Assembly (NCBI GenBank): GCA_951406725.2
Contig: OX597831.1
Span: 39,680,001-39,744,000, forward strand
Direction of reading: 5' to 3'
DNA from: Octopus vulgaris
Taxonomy: Eukaryota
DNA length: 64,000 nt
The notes below the pieces were generated by a model, which saw nothing but the letters and a program-made list of their open reading frames with translations, was not told where the DNA came from and searched no databases. This document shows, one piece after another, positions 37,425-50,123 of the stretch (position 1 is its first letter; each line of letters starts with the position of its first letter). Position numbers and translations under genes: made by a program.

Positions 37425-38001
37425 CTTTAGGCATTTAACTACAGTTTAAGGAAACACTTTCCGAAAGTGCCACATAGTAGGACTGACCCAAGAACCATGT
37501 GGTTCAATACGTAAGCATTACATTTGGCAGTAATCTAAATGCAAAAAGGTTAAGACAGAAGAATATGAACTGAGGGAGATTTGGTTACTATTTCTAGCAA
37601 AATGAGTAACCTACAGAGGTATCCCTCTCCATCTCTATGTAGAAAGGGCAAATGAAACTTGTAACACTGGCAGCAGTTGATTTTGAACCATGGACCTGCT
37701 TAGTTGGTGATCGGCATGAGGGCTGCTATATCTTTTCCATCAAGCAGCTGTTCCACGTCTATATGAGATTTATAGGTATTGCGGGGAGGGGGGGACTAGA
37801 ACATGTTGTATGGTTGTCTGCATCACCGTCCACATGGGCGTTAGTGGCATAAATTTAATGAACTGATATGGTTAGGCTCACAAATAAGTTGGAGAGAAGG
37901 AGAGGGGGGGGCGAGGAGGCTTGGAGGAGAGGAAACTAGTTTGTGAACTTGGTAAATTGCCAAGTGCATACCTTCCTTCTCCTGCAGCGCTAACTGTGGA
38001 A

Positions 38002-38054
<53 letters not shown>

Positions 38055-38719
38055 ATCACGGCATTGGAAAACAGGATATAGAGTGATGATAATGTATATG
38101 TGTGCATAATATACATAAATACTATATATATATATATATATATGTTTGTGTGTGTATCTGTATGTATGTATGTATGTATGTTTGTGTGTGTGTATCTATG
38201 TATGAATGTGTGTAAATATATACACACACACACATTATGTATATACACTCACAGGTCCGAATTTTGTCTAACTACATGTGTATATATGTATACATACAAG
38301 CATGTGAATATATCTATATATATCTATATATATATATAGGTCTAAAACAGTAATTACAGCAGCTTCATCTATTAGCAAAAAGCTATAATTTATATCGAAA
38401 GCTAATAAAATGAAAAAAGAAAACAAAAAAAAAATTGAAAAGCTATAATAATATTAAACGGTGTTTAACGTCCTGCAAAACCAGCCTGCATAACGAGATA
38501 TATGTAAAGGTAGAGAGAAAACTAAAAATAGAAACTACACACACATATATATATATATATATGTATAGATATATATATATATACATAGATGTGCGTGTGT
38601 GTGTGGTTTTGTTAAATCTCTGTACAGAAATTCCAGTTTTTAAATGCTTCATAGAATCCGATGAAAGTATAATGTAAGGCCATTAATTTTATTACTAATT
38701 AAAATTATTCCTCTTGTAG

Positions 38720-39054
38720 TAGTTATTATTATTATAATTTCTTTTTATTATTATTATCATTTCTATTATTGTTATTATGTGTCAGCTGTTTTTATGTTTT
38801 TTTGACGTATTATTATAATTCTACACCAACAATAACGATTATAATAATAATAATTATAATGATAATAATATTTATTACTTTTCTTATTACTGATATCATT
38901 ATTGTTGTTATTACTATTAGCATCCTTATTAATATTCATTATTGTTATCAGCATTATAGCTATTATTATTTTTCATTATTATTATTATTATTATTATTAC
39001 TGGTATTAAAGAAATTATCCTCATTGTTATCATTGTCGTTATTTATCATTATTA

Positions 39055-39105
<51 letters not shown>

Positions 39106-39320
39106 GCTGTAGTAGTAGTAGTTGTATCATTATCATACCCATTATTGCTTTAACTGTTATTTCTATTGTGCTAGTTTCAGCGTTCACATAATCATTAATA
39201 TTATCGTGATATTATCACGATCAACACCACCACCACCACCATCGCCATCATCGCTACTACTACTACAACTACTACCACCACCACCACCACCACCATCATC
39301 ATCATCATTAGTATCATCAT
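38720..39320. repeat. (ATT)n/(CAT)n/(CAC)n trinucleotide low-complexity tract
   Basis: direct reading. Confidence 0.9.
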
Positions 39321-39974
39321 ACTACTGTATTCACAATCCGTTTGTTGTAAATATAATAAATTTCACAAAAAGAAAAAAAATTCGATGTCAGTACCAATTT
39401 AATGAAAACAGAACAGCTTGATAAGCCAGCAGACAATATCTTTTTCACACCTAGCAAATAGTAGTAGTAGTAGTAGTAGTAGTAGTAATTGTGATACTGT
39501 TCATAATGTTAATTGTTGAAATTGGGTCTGTAAAAAGAAATTGAAAAAAAATTGAAAAATCCGATTTTGTTTTGAAGAATAGATAAGCTATAGAGAATTA
39601 CTATTCTGTTTTTCAATAGTGGAGGCACTGTCTTGAACTTATTATACCGTCACCATCTTCGTTATCATCATCATTGCCATAATGGTCTGTAACTTTAATC
39701 ATCATCATCATCATTATCATCATCAACACCGTCTTTTTGGGGTTTTTTTAAATATAAATATAATGAGCATCAGAAAATATGTAAATAAGTGATTTTATGG
39801 TGTTTCTTGAAACGAGAAAATAATACTTTTGGAGAAAGATCGAAAGCTATTTGCTAGACTTGAACCATGGATCTTCAACAACCATGACAGACCTGCAACC
39901 AGCTGCTCCAAATTCACGTTCTCTCTTACTCAGCCCTTTTTGTCATCACATTTCTTCTTATATACACTGCTCTT

Positions 39975-40218
39975 CATCATCATCATCATTGTTTAACGTC
40001 CGTTCTCCATGCTAGCATGGGTTGGGCGGTTCAACCGGGGATCTGGGAAGCCAGAAGGCTGCACCAGGCTCCAGTCTGATCTGGCAGTGTTTCTACAGCT
40101 GGATGCCCTTCCTCACGCCAACCACTCTGTGCCACCTGCACAGGTGCGAGGCTGGCAACGGCCATGATCGGATTGGTGCATTTTACGTGCCACCGGCATG
40201 GAAGCCAGTCGAGGCAGC
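39975..40218 (-). mobile_element. RTE LINE 3'UTR copy (family C)
   Basis: tail and core match the family. Confidence 0.85.
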
Positions 40219-40397
40219 CCTTCAGTTAATTCTGAAACTAATGAAGAATTTACCAAAAGAACTTAGTCATTTTTTAAGCTGGTGTTTGGAACGTAATATG
40301 AAATCTTTATGGAAGGTTTTAATTACGAATTCTTGAAAACTTCAAGTTTTTATCACAGAAGCAGAGGCAGTCTCAGGCAGGTTGGTGCCAAAAGGAT

Positions 40398-40500
40398 TAA
40401 GCCTTTTGCTCCCTATTGGAGTATAGGCCATCCACAACTTTCCTTCACTGTTCTTGACTCCGGACTGTCTTTTAAGGCTTTCCTCTCCCAGATTTTGTTG
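40398..40500 (-). mobile_element. 3' tip of another RTE-type LINE
   Basis: reverse complement ..GGAAAGTTGTGGATGGCCTATACTCCAATAGGGAGCAAAAGGCTTAA resembles RTE ends (KVVDGLYS). Confidence 0.5.
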
Positions 40501-40674
40501 GTTGTGAATTGTGGTTGTGTGGTAAGTACTTCTGCTGACTCTTTCACCACAACTTTCTCTCACCTGAGACAGACTGGTGTCCCATCCAGGTGGAGAACCT
40601 ACACACCAATGAAGCTGGGAAACCATCCCTTATGAGCCAAGCATGGCTTGAGAAGGAACAACAATATATATCTA

Positions 40675-41130
40675 TCATCATCATCGTTGAACCTCCGCTT
40701 TCCATGCTAGCATGGGTTGGACAATTTGACTGAGGACTGGCAAACCAGATGGCTGCACCAGGCTCCAATCTGATCTGGCAGAGTTTCTACAGCTGGATGC
40801 CCTTCTTAATGTCAACCACTCCGAGAGTGTAGTGGGTGCTTTTACCTGCCACCGGCACGAGGGCCAGCCAGGTGGTACTGGTAGCGGCCACGCTCAAATG
40901 GTGTGTTTTACGTGCCACCTGCACAGGAACCAGTCCAGTGGCACTGGCAACGACCTCGCTCAAATGTCTTTTCACATGCCACCGGCACAAGTGCCAGTAA
41001 GGTAACGATCATGCTCGAATGGTAATTTTTCCATGCCACTGGCATGGAAGCCAGTCAGCTGCTCTGGCAATGATCACGTTTGGATGGTGCTCTTAGTGCT
41101 CCACTAGCACAGATGCCAGCCATTGAATTT
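40675..41130 (-). mobile_element. RTE LINE 3'UTR copy (family C) with about 5 internal units
   Basis: tail, core and repeated GTGCCACC.GCAC units. Confidence 0.85.
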
Positions 41131-41138
41131 GAATCGCA

Positions 41139-41171
<33 letters not shown>

Positions 41172-41662
41172 AAGAAAGAGAGAGAGAGAGAGAGAGACTC
41201 AGTTCTGTCTGACTTCCACCAAGATTAATTTATAGTCTTGTGCCAAAGATACCTTTAATATTGGTTTCAAATTTTAGCACAAGGCCAGCAAGTTTGATGG
41301 AGGGAGTAAGCCAATTACATCAATTGCAGTATTCAACTGCTACTTACAGACCCTGAAATGATGAAAGGCAAAGTCGAAACCAGCGGAATTTGAACTCTGA
41401 ATGTAAAGACAGATGAAATGCCACTATGCCATTTTGCCTGGCTGACCTCTCTGCCAGCCTGCTTCTTCAAAGATCCTGTTAATATTATTGATTGTTTGTC
41501 CGTGAATCAATGATTTGTTAGTATTGGTGAGTTATTGATTTTCTTTTCTTAATGCCCCAGCTGTCTGGTTTGCAAGGGCCTAAGGGTATTAGGAACATAT
41601 AAGCGCACAGATGTTAGATTTTGCATTCCGCCATCATTCCAACATGTTTGTGGCCAGATTGG

Positions 41663-42010
41663 GTCTCTCTTGTCTCTCATCTCTCTCCTCCTCTCTTTTC
41701 TCTCTCCTCTTCTCTTGTCTCTCCTCTCTTTCCTCTCCCCTCTTTTTTCTCTCCCCCTTTTCTCTCTTCTCTCTGTCTCTTCCCTCTTCTCTCTGTCTCT
41801 CCTCTTCTTTCTCTCTCTCTCTTATTCTCTCTTCTCTCTCTGTTCTTCTCTCTCTCCTCAATTCTCTCTTCTGTCTTTCCTCTTCTCTCTCTCCTCAATT
41901 CTCTCTTCTGTCTTTCCTCTTCTTTCCTCTCTCTTCTCTCTCTCCTCTTCTCCTCTCTCTCCCCTTCCCCCCTCTCATTCCCTTCTCTTCTTTATCTCCC
42001 CCTCTCTCTT
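41663..42010. repeat. homopyrimidine (CT/CTT) tract
   Basis: direct reading. Confidence 0.95.
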
Positions 42011-42574
42011 ATATTCTTTTATTTCAGTAATTTGACTGTGGCCATGCTGGTGCACCGCCTTTAGCCAAATTGACTCCAGGACTTATTCTCTGTAAGCCTA
42101 ATATTTATTCTGTCGGTCTCAATTGCCAAACTGCTACTCTCATTTGCTCTCTCTCTCTCTCTCACAAATGTGCGCGATGCCATTGTTTTAGTAGAAGAGA
42201 TAAAAACTTCTGCTAGACATGTAGTAGTGGTTTGTCACTATAGTAAACATCATCATCAAAAGAAATTATTGCCATCATTATCATCATCGTTATCGGTTCC
42301 TCCATCCATTAGTAATGAAGTTGTACAAACAACATAACACACAGTTACTTATCGGGGTCACCGTGTATCATGTGTCTGTGCAGTCAGGGACTGGTGGAGC
42401 TACTTGTCCTTATCTAGCGGAATGCTGGCCTGGATCATTGCCATTTGGTTTATTTACTACTGATAGGCCTTCATTTTTTTTATCATTGCAGGTCCACCTA
42501 ACAGAAATTAGAAAGATAATGATAATCCTTTCTACTATAGGCACAAGACCTGAAATATAATAATAATCCTAAAA

Positions 42575-43037
42575 AATAATTTTTTGTAACTAAACACTTT
42601 CAAACTTCGGACACTGGTAGAATGGGTCATATAAAATATCTTTTACTCTTAGCGTTTTTGAGAAAACCTTATATTTAAGAAGTTATTTCGTGTTAAAGTT
42701 GTCCTATTTTGGTAATTTCAACCAATCAATGACATTAATTCAGCTGAATAAAATTACTGCTGTTGTTTGTCAACAAGAACTTCCGGCGGTATATATTTCG
42801 TTTGTCACTGTTATTTATGACAACCCTAACCCTAAAACCTTAAAGCTAAAACCAGTACAAACACACAAATGTTGTCATAAATAACAGTGACAAACGAAAT
42901 ATACACCGCTGATAGTTGTTGTTGACAAACAACAGCAGTAATTTTATTCAGCTGAATTAATGTCATTGATTGGTTGAAATTACCGAAATACAAGAACTTT
43001 CACGTGAAATAACTTCGTAAATATAAGTTTTTCTCAA
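42575..43037. mobile_element. foldback element with ~167-bp arms and CCCTAA-like spacer
   Basis: 42658-42824 is an imperfect reverse complement of 42871-43037. Confidence 0.9.
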
Positions 43038-43124
43038 TTTCGGTTTTTAACTCTTGTTTCTATTTACAAAAAAATAACAAACATTTGCTTATTTTTCATC
43101 TTTCTTTTTGTCTTTTCTTTGCTT

Positions 43125-43195
<71 letters not shown>

Positions 43196-43954
43196 ATTTC
43201 TGTCGACTCTCACATTTCTCTGTTCAGAATCTCTGCAGCGTCTGCTCTCGTTTGTTGACTATTGATAATGTTTCCGGCATTTTGATTGATTGTTTTGCGT
43301 GTTAATTTACGAATCTTAATTAATACCTGCATTGCGAAGGGTGCACACCGCAAGTATTAATAACTGCTTTATTGGATCCAGTAATAAACAGGAAAAAAAA
43401 AAAAAGACTGAAAGAACAGGGGGAGGAGGGTGAAGATAACTATTTTTAATGAAATGGAATCTTTGGTGCATGAGTTTTTATGACTTCTTTAGCTTTTTTT
43501 TTTTTTAATATTTTGCTGCTCGCTTTTTCTTTTTGTTCTTCAGTTCCATCCTGGATGTTTGGATGTTGTTGTTATTCCGGGTGCTACTGGAATTGTAAAC
43601 TCAAATTGCCTGCAGCAAGGTGAAATGGATATCTCTCCAGGAAACTCATCGCCATTTATTGGGACTACAAAACAAAGATGTTGACATAGGCTCAGTTCAG
43701 TTTGTGTGGATTTCTCCTTGATGTTGCTTGTTCCATGAGATAGATTTCTTTGAGATGTTCTATCTCATCTGTTTTATGGCACAGGGTACAAAACACCAGG
43801 GTAAAGCTAATGAATGTGTGTCTTCATGCAACTACACCAATCCTTGAAGGAGTCTAATCATGGGGTCTCTTCAATCTGGTTGCATGATCCATCAAAGGCA
43901 CCTCTGTATGATTTGATGAACAAGCTTCTGTGTAGCTGGATGAGCCAGAGAATG

Positions 43955-44345
43955 AAGGCATCTGTGTGGCTGCATAAGCCAGTGAGGGTCACTCTGGGTT
44001 GCTGCACAAGCCAGCGAGGGTACACCTGTGTGGCTGCACAAGCCAGCGATGGTACACCTGTGTGGCTGCACAAGCCGGCAAGGGTACACCTGTGTGGCTG
44101 CACAAGCCGGTGAGGGTACACCTGTGTGGCTGCACAAGCCGGTGAGGGTACACCTGTGTGGCTGCACAAGCCAACGAGGGTACACCTGTGTGGCTGCATA
44201 AGCCAGCGATGGTACACCTGTGTGGCTGCACAACCCAGCCGTGGTACACCTGTGTGGCTGCACAAGCCAGTGAGGGTACACCTGTGTGGCTACATAAGCC
44301 AGTGAGGGTACATGTGTGTGGTGGTAGAAGCCAGGGATGGGTACC
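43955..44345. repeat. GC-rich 32-bp minisatellite, about 12 units
   Basis: consensus GGTACACCTGTGTGGCTGCACAAGCCAGTGAG. Confidence 0.95.
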
Positions 44346-44359
44346 TCTGTGAAGATGAT

Positions 44360-44700
44360 TTAAGGCTGTATAGCTCTCAGAGAACAGTAAGTTTCTCCAA
44401 ATGGGGCTGTTACTTCTTCATATTGAGAGGTCACAGCTCTGGTACCGTGGACATGTGCTTTTAATGTCACGGGAAAAAATGAACAGAAGTTATTTCTTCA
44501 ATCAGCAGAAGACTTAGGGGCTGACTGAGAATAAGATAGATAATATCCATAGTCCCAGTTGGCCATGCTTAGGAATTCAGCTGGAAAGTGTAATGAAAGT
44601 TGCTTCTGGTAGGGCTCCATGGAGGAGGTGCCTGAGGACAATATTCTTGCAGCCTTCACAATAATAGTGTGTGGAGAAGGTGGATGGATGGATTGATCGA
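44360..44700 (+). mobile_element. RTE LINE 3' end, Rex3/Expander-like (second copy)
   Basis: LLLHIERSQLWYRGHVL; shares GGTGCCTGAGGAC and the (TGGA)n tail with 6400-6702. Confidence 0.7.
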
Positions 44701-44825
44701 TCGATCGACTGCTATTCGATTACTTTATCATGGCCAGCTGGTACTTAGGGGGTCCTTTGGAGGAATTAATTTATATACCATCTCTTCAAACTTTCTGAAG
44801 AAAACTCAGAAATCATGATTTAGAC

Positions 44826-45163
44826 CAGGGGTTCTCAACCAGATTTTTTTTATCAATGGACTCCTTTGATTACTATTATTATTATGGTGGACGCCCCCAC
44901 ACCAGCCATTCAATGTTTAAAACAAAGTTTTATAGAAACATCTTTCAAAAGTCCTATTTTGTTTTTCACACATTAACTTGTGTAGGTTGAACTATGTAAA
45001 ATGTCAGAGAAAGAAACCTAGCTGTTTCTTGCAATACACACCAATCGAAGGCAAAATCTTTTTAGGGGTTCTTACAATGGTATTGTGGATCTTCAATTTA
45101 CTATTTTGTAGTATGGACCCCCCAGCCCCCAAATCTTATATGGACCCTGATTGAGAGCCACTG
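44826..45163. mobile_element. hAT (Charlie-like) MITE
   Basis: CAGGGGTTCTCAA ... TTGAGAGCCACTG; perfect 8-bp TSD ATTTAGAC. Confidence 0.9.
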
Positions 45164-45599
45164 ATTTAGACTTCCCTCTTGTAGCAGTCTCTGAGTTGCA
45201 GTTTCTTCCAGTCCCTCCCCTCTACTTGGCGCAGTGAAAAAGGTCATGGATATTGCTCTGCCCCTTCTGATTAAAAGCCCCTACTTGCATGCACAAATTA
45301 AAGATAAAAGGATTAAACAGAATGAAGCATCTACCCAACCGGGTGGTCTGCTGTATCTGTTTGTCTGTTCTGCCAGGTCCTTATCTCTGAGTACGTAGTA
45401 TCTTATTAGCAGAACGAATGTTGTCTTCCGGCCAAAAAAACTCTGATGGTGGAATCACTGCTTTCCTCATGGAAGGGAGGTGGGGTTGGGATTGGGGTTA
45501 GAGGGTTTGGGGAGGTGTAGGTGGTGTGTGGACTTGGTGGCCAGTGGCGGGGGAGTTCTTGTTTGTTAGTGGTTTTGTATTGCGCACTGGTGTGATCTC

Positions 45600-45815
45600 A
45601 GTCATCACCATCACAGAAATCGTACACATCATCACCATACTCCTCATTATCACTGCAATCATACTCATCGTCACCATCACCACCATCATACTCATCACTG
45701 CCATTGCCATCGTTATTACAATCATCATCTACATCATCACTCATCCTTTTCATCATTAGTATCATCATAATTACTACCATCCATCACCTTTGTCGTAATC
45801 ATCATCACCATCAGT
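45600..45815. repeat. degenerate (CAT)n microsatellite
   Basis: direct reading. Confidence 0.9.
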
Positions 45816-46449
45816 ATAGTCTCCGTGTCTTATCTATTGACACAGATTATCATTCATTCTCTCATCAGTGTGTGCTGTTACCATAGCGATTATTCAACTC
45901 AGCATGACTATCTTTATTTTTTTTTTTGCTCTACGTACAATATCAACAAGATGTTCAAACTTTATTTTTAGACTAATGTCATTTAATAGAGCTTTCTAAT
46001 TTAGCTGCTACACCGCAACAGTTTTCATGGGAGTAGATTAGTTGATACCATTAAGCCCAGCATTTTATTGGCCCTGGAAAGACAAAAAGGACAAAAAGCA
46101 AAGTTGACTGCAATGAGATTTGAACTCAGAATGCACCCGTCTCCTAATTTGTAAATAAATTATTTTTGATAAAATGTAGTTGCACAGTTGGCTGTCTAGG
46201 AAGAACTTTGCTTCCCAGTTTGGTTGGGCAGGTGTCTTCTAGTATTACCTCGTTCCAACCAAAGCCTTGCGAGTGGGATTTTGGATTTGGTGTAGGGAAA
46301 CTGAAAGAAGCCTGCCATGGCTGTGTGATAAGAAGTTTGCTTCCCCTACTACATGGCTCCAGGTTCTTCTACTATAGCCTCAGGCCAACCAAAGCCTTGT
46401 TAGTGAATTTGGTAGCTGGAAATTGAAAGAAGCCCAATGTGTGTGTATG

Positions 46450-46755
46450 TCATCATCATCCTCATCGTTTAATGTCTGCTTTCCATGCTGGCATGGATTA
46501 GACAGTTTGGCTGAGGGCTGGCGAGCCAGAAGGCTGTACCAGACTCCAATCTGATCTGGCAATGTTTCTACAGCTGGATGCCCTTCCTAACAATAACCAC
46601 TCTGAGAGTGTAGTGAGTGCTTTTTACATGCTACCTACACAGAAGACAGTCAGATGGTACTGGCATTGACCACGGTTGAATGGTGCTTTTTATATGCTAT
46701 TGGCACGGGAACCAGTCAGGCGGCACTGGCAATGATCATGCTTGAATGATGCTTT
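46450..46755 (-). mobile_element. RTE LINE 3'UTR copy (family C) inserted in the (TG)n tract of a SINE A
   Basis: A core ends near 46445 and the A tail resumes near 46760. Confidence 0.8.
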
Positions 46756-46847
46756 CTGTGTGTGTGTGTGGTTCATTGTTTCTGTGTTTGTTCCTCTCCC
46801 CCATCACTTAACAACTGATGTTCGTGTCTTTACGTCCCTGTAACTTA

Positions 46848-47141
46848 TTTGTTCCTTCTCGAGCCACGCCTGACTCATAAGGGCCAGTTTCCTTGGCGTA
46901 TAGGTTCCCCACCTGGACGGGACGCCGGTCCGTTGCAGGTGAGCTGCAAGATGCAGGAGGAAAGAGTGAGGGAAAGTTGTGGCGAAAGAGTCAGCAGAAG
47001 TTCGCCATTACCTTCTGCCGGAGCTGCGTGGAGCTTAGGTGTTTTGTTCATAAACACACACATCGCCCGGTCTGAGATTCGAACCCGCAATCCCTTGATC
47101 ACGAGTTTGCTGCTCTAACCATTAGGCCACATGCCTCCACC
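46848..47141 (-). mobile_element. tRNA-derived SINE (family F) with V/Meta-like domain
   Basis: A and B boxes on the minus strand, CCTGCAACGGACCGGCGTCCCGTCCAGG domain; TSD CCCTGTA(A/G)CTTA inside a SINE A tail. Confidence 0.85.
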
Positions 47142-47576
47142 CCCTGTAGCTTAGTGGTTCAGTAAAAGAGACCTTGTACTGAAGCATTTTCCAGCAAGCC
47201 TGCTAGTCCATTGCCATGGTTCAGTATTTCTTTTACTGATGATGATGATGATAGTAGTAGTATGAGTAGTATCCACAGATGATATCAATTTTAATTTCTA
47301 AGAAAATGTTGTACAACTGCCCAGTGTACGTCTAGGAGTATGTCGCTTGTTTGTATGGTAATGGATGTGGTGTGTATGTGTAAGAGCATGCAATTAAAAA
47401 AAATCTTACAGCTGGTTTTGTTTAAAAACCTCCCACCTACATAGGTATGCATTGTTTAAGTGTTGTTATATTGGCACCTGTATGTCTGGCAATAAAATCA
47501 ACAACTGTTGTTGATAATTAGAATATGTTGGGGCTTTTGTTTACCAGCGTAGCTACATATTTATTCACACTACTAT

Positions 47577-47615
<39 letters not shown>

Positions 47616-47777
47616 TGTGTGTGTATAGCCATGGCTGTGTGGGTTAAGAAACTTGTCTTGTGATCATGGAGTTTTGGGTTCAGACACACTGTGTGTTACC
47701 TTCAGACTTGTATTATATCTCCAGTTTGACCAATGTTGTCTGCCTGAATCTAGTAACCAGAAAATGTTGAAGCCAGT

Positions 47778-47830
<53 letters not shown>

Positions 47831-47881
47831 ATAATATATGCAGAAAGAGAGAGAAGCAATGTGTGTGAGTGTATATATATT

Positions 47882-48315
47882 TTATTCTTTTACTTGTTTG
47901 TCATTTGACTGTGTCCATGCTAGAGCACCACCTTTAGTTGAACAAATCGACCCCAGGACTTACTCTTTGTAAGCTTAGTACTTATTTTATCAGCACTTTT
48001 GCCAAACCGCTAAGTTACAGGGATGTAAACACACCAACATCAGTTGTCAAACGATGGTGGGGGGACAAACACAGACACAAATACACACAAATACAAACGA
48101 TGGTGGGGGGACAAACACAGACACGCACACACACACGATGGGCTTCTTTCAGTTATCATCTACCAAATCCACTCACAAAGCTTTGGTCGGCCTGAGGCTA
48201 TAGAAGACACTTGCCCAAGGTGTTCCACACAGTGGAATTGAACCGTGAACCCTGGGAATCTGGTACCATGTGGTTAGGAAGTAGATTTCTTCATTAGAGC
48301 CATGGCTGTGCCTAC
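47882..48315 (-). mobile_element. SINE family A with short internal duplication
   Basis: AAACGATGGTGGGGGGACAAACACAGACAC occurs twice. Confidence 0.88.
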
Positions 48316-48435
48316 ACGCAGACACATACACACACACCATATATGTATGTCAGTACTCATAGGCTGGCATCTCAAGGTAGTTGATTTCCATTGTGTGACA
48401 TTTTGAACAGACCTGTTTTAGTGCCTTGTAAACTA

Positions 48436-48898
48436 CAGGGTGGCCCAAAAGTAGATTTACAGTTATTCAACTATCACTTTCGCATTCATTTATTAAACAG
48501 TTTAGATCTGAATTAGGCAAAAAATATGAAACGATTATTCTATGCTAATTTAGTTAATTTTGTCAAGTTCCCTTTTTAGTTTCTAAGATAGAAATTTAAC
48601 TCTTTCGTTACCAATCCGGCTGAAACCAGCCCTGGCTCTGTAGTACAAATGTTTTGTTTTCATAAGTTTTGAATTAAATTCTTCCAGCAAACCTTAGTCA
48701 CAATTTATTTTCCTAACACTAGCTTAATTTTAACTAAGTTATTTCACTAAATTCTTTGTTATATTTAAAACTAATTGAAAGAAACACAGAGCATCTCAAA
48801 ATAAATACAGGAATGAAAGGGTTAAATGTAATAAAATGGTTTAAAAGAAATTTAAAGTGCCTACGTGATAACTGTAAACCTACTTTTGGGCCACCTTA
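48436..48898. mobile_element. Tc1/mariner-type MITE containing a family D MITE
   Basis: TA|CAGGGTGGCCCAAAAGTAGATTTACAGTTAT ... ATAACTGTAAACCTACTTTTGGGCCACC. Confidence 0.85.
48600..48821. mobile_element. piggyBac-like MITE (family D)
   Basis: TTAA|CTCTTTCG ... GAAAGGG|TTAA. Confidence 0.85.
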
Positions 48899-49421
48899 GG
48901 TGGAAACTATAAGGAAGTATGTGTGTATGTTGGTTGTCATTGGAGATAGGGACTTCATTAGCACATCAGACAAAATGCTATGCAGCGATTTTTTTTTTGG
49001 CTCTTTTCATTCTGAGCTCAAATCCTTCCGAGCTCAGCTTTGGTTTTCATCTCATTGGGGGTCGATAAAATAAAGTAGCAGTTCAGTTCAGTGTGGGAAT
49101 CTGAAATGCTAAAGGGTTAAACTGGCCATATTTGACCCGAATATTCTACCTGTTATATGTTCAAACTGGTCAGTTCTGGCCTCTCACACCTACCCTACAA
49201 TGTCATTCTAAGAATATATAATAACATCAAAATCTCAGAGCCACAAGATAATACATGATTAATATGAGACAATGAACAAGCTTTACATTTGACACAGTTA
49301 TCTGAATGCTTGAGTTAAAGCTGACTGAAATTAGTGCCCCAGCATGGTCGCAGTCATGATGACTGGAACGCAAGAGGGGTACAATTGCTTGTACCTGTAA
49401 TTGCTCTACGACTGTCTTGAC

Positions 49422-50123
49422 CAGTGCTTCTTAAACTTTTTTCATTCATAACCCCGTTTTTCATCACAAGATTTTTCGCGACCCCCAGATATTAAATATG
49501 AAATAAAACATACAATAAATACATAAATCATTTATATTTTTGCAGAACAATATAAATATAGGTGTAGGAGTGGCTGTCTGGTAAGTAGCTTGCTTACCAA
49601 CCACATGGCTCCGGGTTCAGTCCCACTGCATGGCACCTTGGGCAAGTGTCTTCTACTATAGCCTCAGGCCAACCAAAGCCTTGTGAGTGGATTTGGGAGA
49701 CGGAAACTGAAAGAAGCCCATCGTATATATGTTTATAAATATGTATGTGTATATGTTTGTGTGTCTGTGTTTGTCCCCCCAACATTGCTTGACAACCGAT
49801 GCTGGTGTGTTTACGTCCCCGTAACTTAGCGGTTCGGCAAAAAAGACCAATAGAATAAGTACTAGGCTTACAAAGAATAAGTCCTGGGGTTGATTTGCTT
49901 GACTAAAGGCGGTGCTCCAGCATGGTCACAGTCAAATGATTGAAACAAATAAGAGTAAAATAGTATATAAAAAAAAAGTTATATTATTTATCAAAATAAA
50001 AGTAGATTTAGGATTTGGTTTTAGGATTTAGAAATTCAAGTGTTTGAATTCAATTTTCGCGACCCCCAGCATTTTGCTTCGTGACCCCATTTGTGGTTGC
50101 AACCCATAGTTTAAGAAGCGCTG
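49422..50123. mobile_element. hAT MITE containing a SINE A
   Basis: CAGTGCTTCTTAAACT ... AGTTTAAGAAGCGCTG; CGCGACCCC subterminal motifs; TSD degenerate. Confidence 0.8.
49560..49963 (+). mobile_element. SINE family A, full length
   Basis: close match to the other full-length copies. Confidence 0.92.

Noticed and set aside
37955-38005. Minus-strand microexon candidate (CAG..GAAG|GTATGC)
   Set aside because: No polypyrimidine tract (the upstream sequence is a CA repeat); such matches are expected by chance.
42825-42855. True telomere or chromosome fusion site
   Set aside because: Only about two intact CCCTAA units, embedded in a foldback element.
43955-44345. CRISPR array or repeat-protein ORFs (CAATQV/QPHRCT)
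   Set aside because: The variable part is only about 6 bp and related between units; a 32-bp period is not a multiple of 3, so the peptides cycle through frames.
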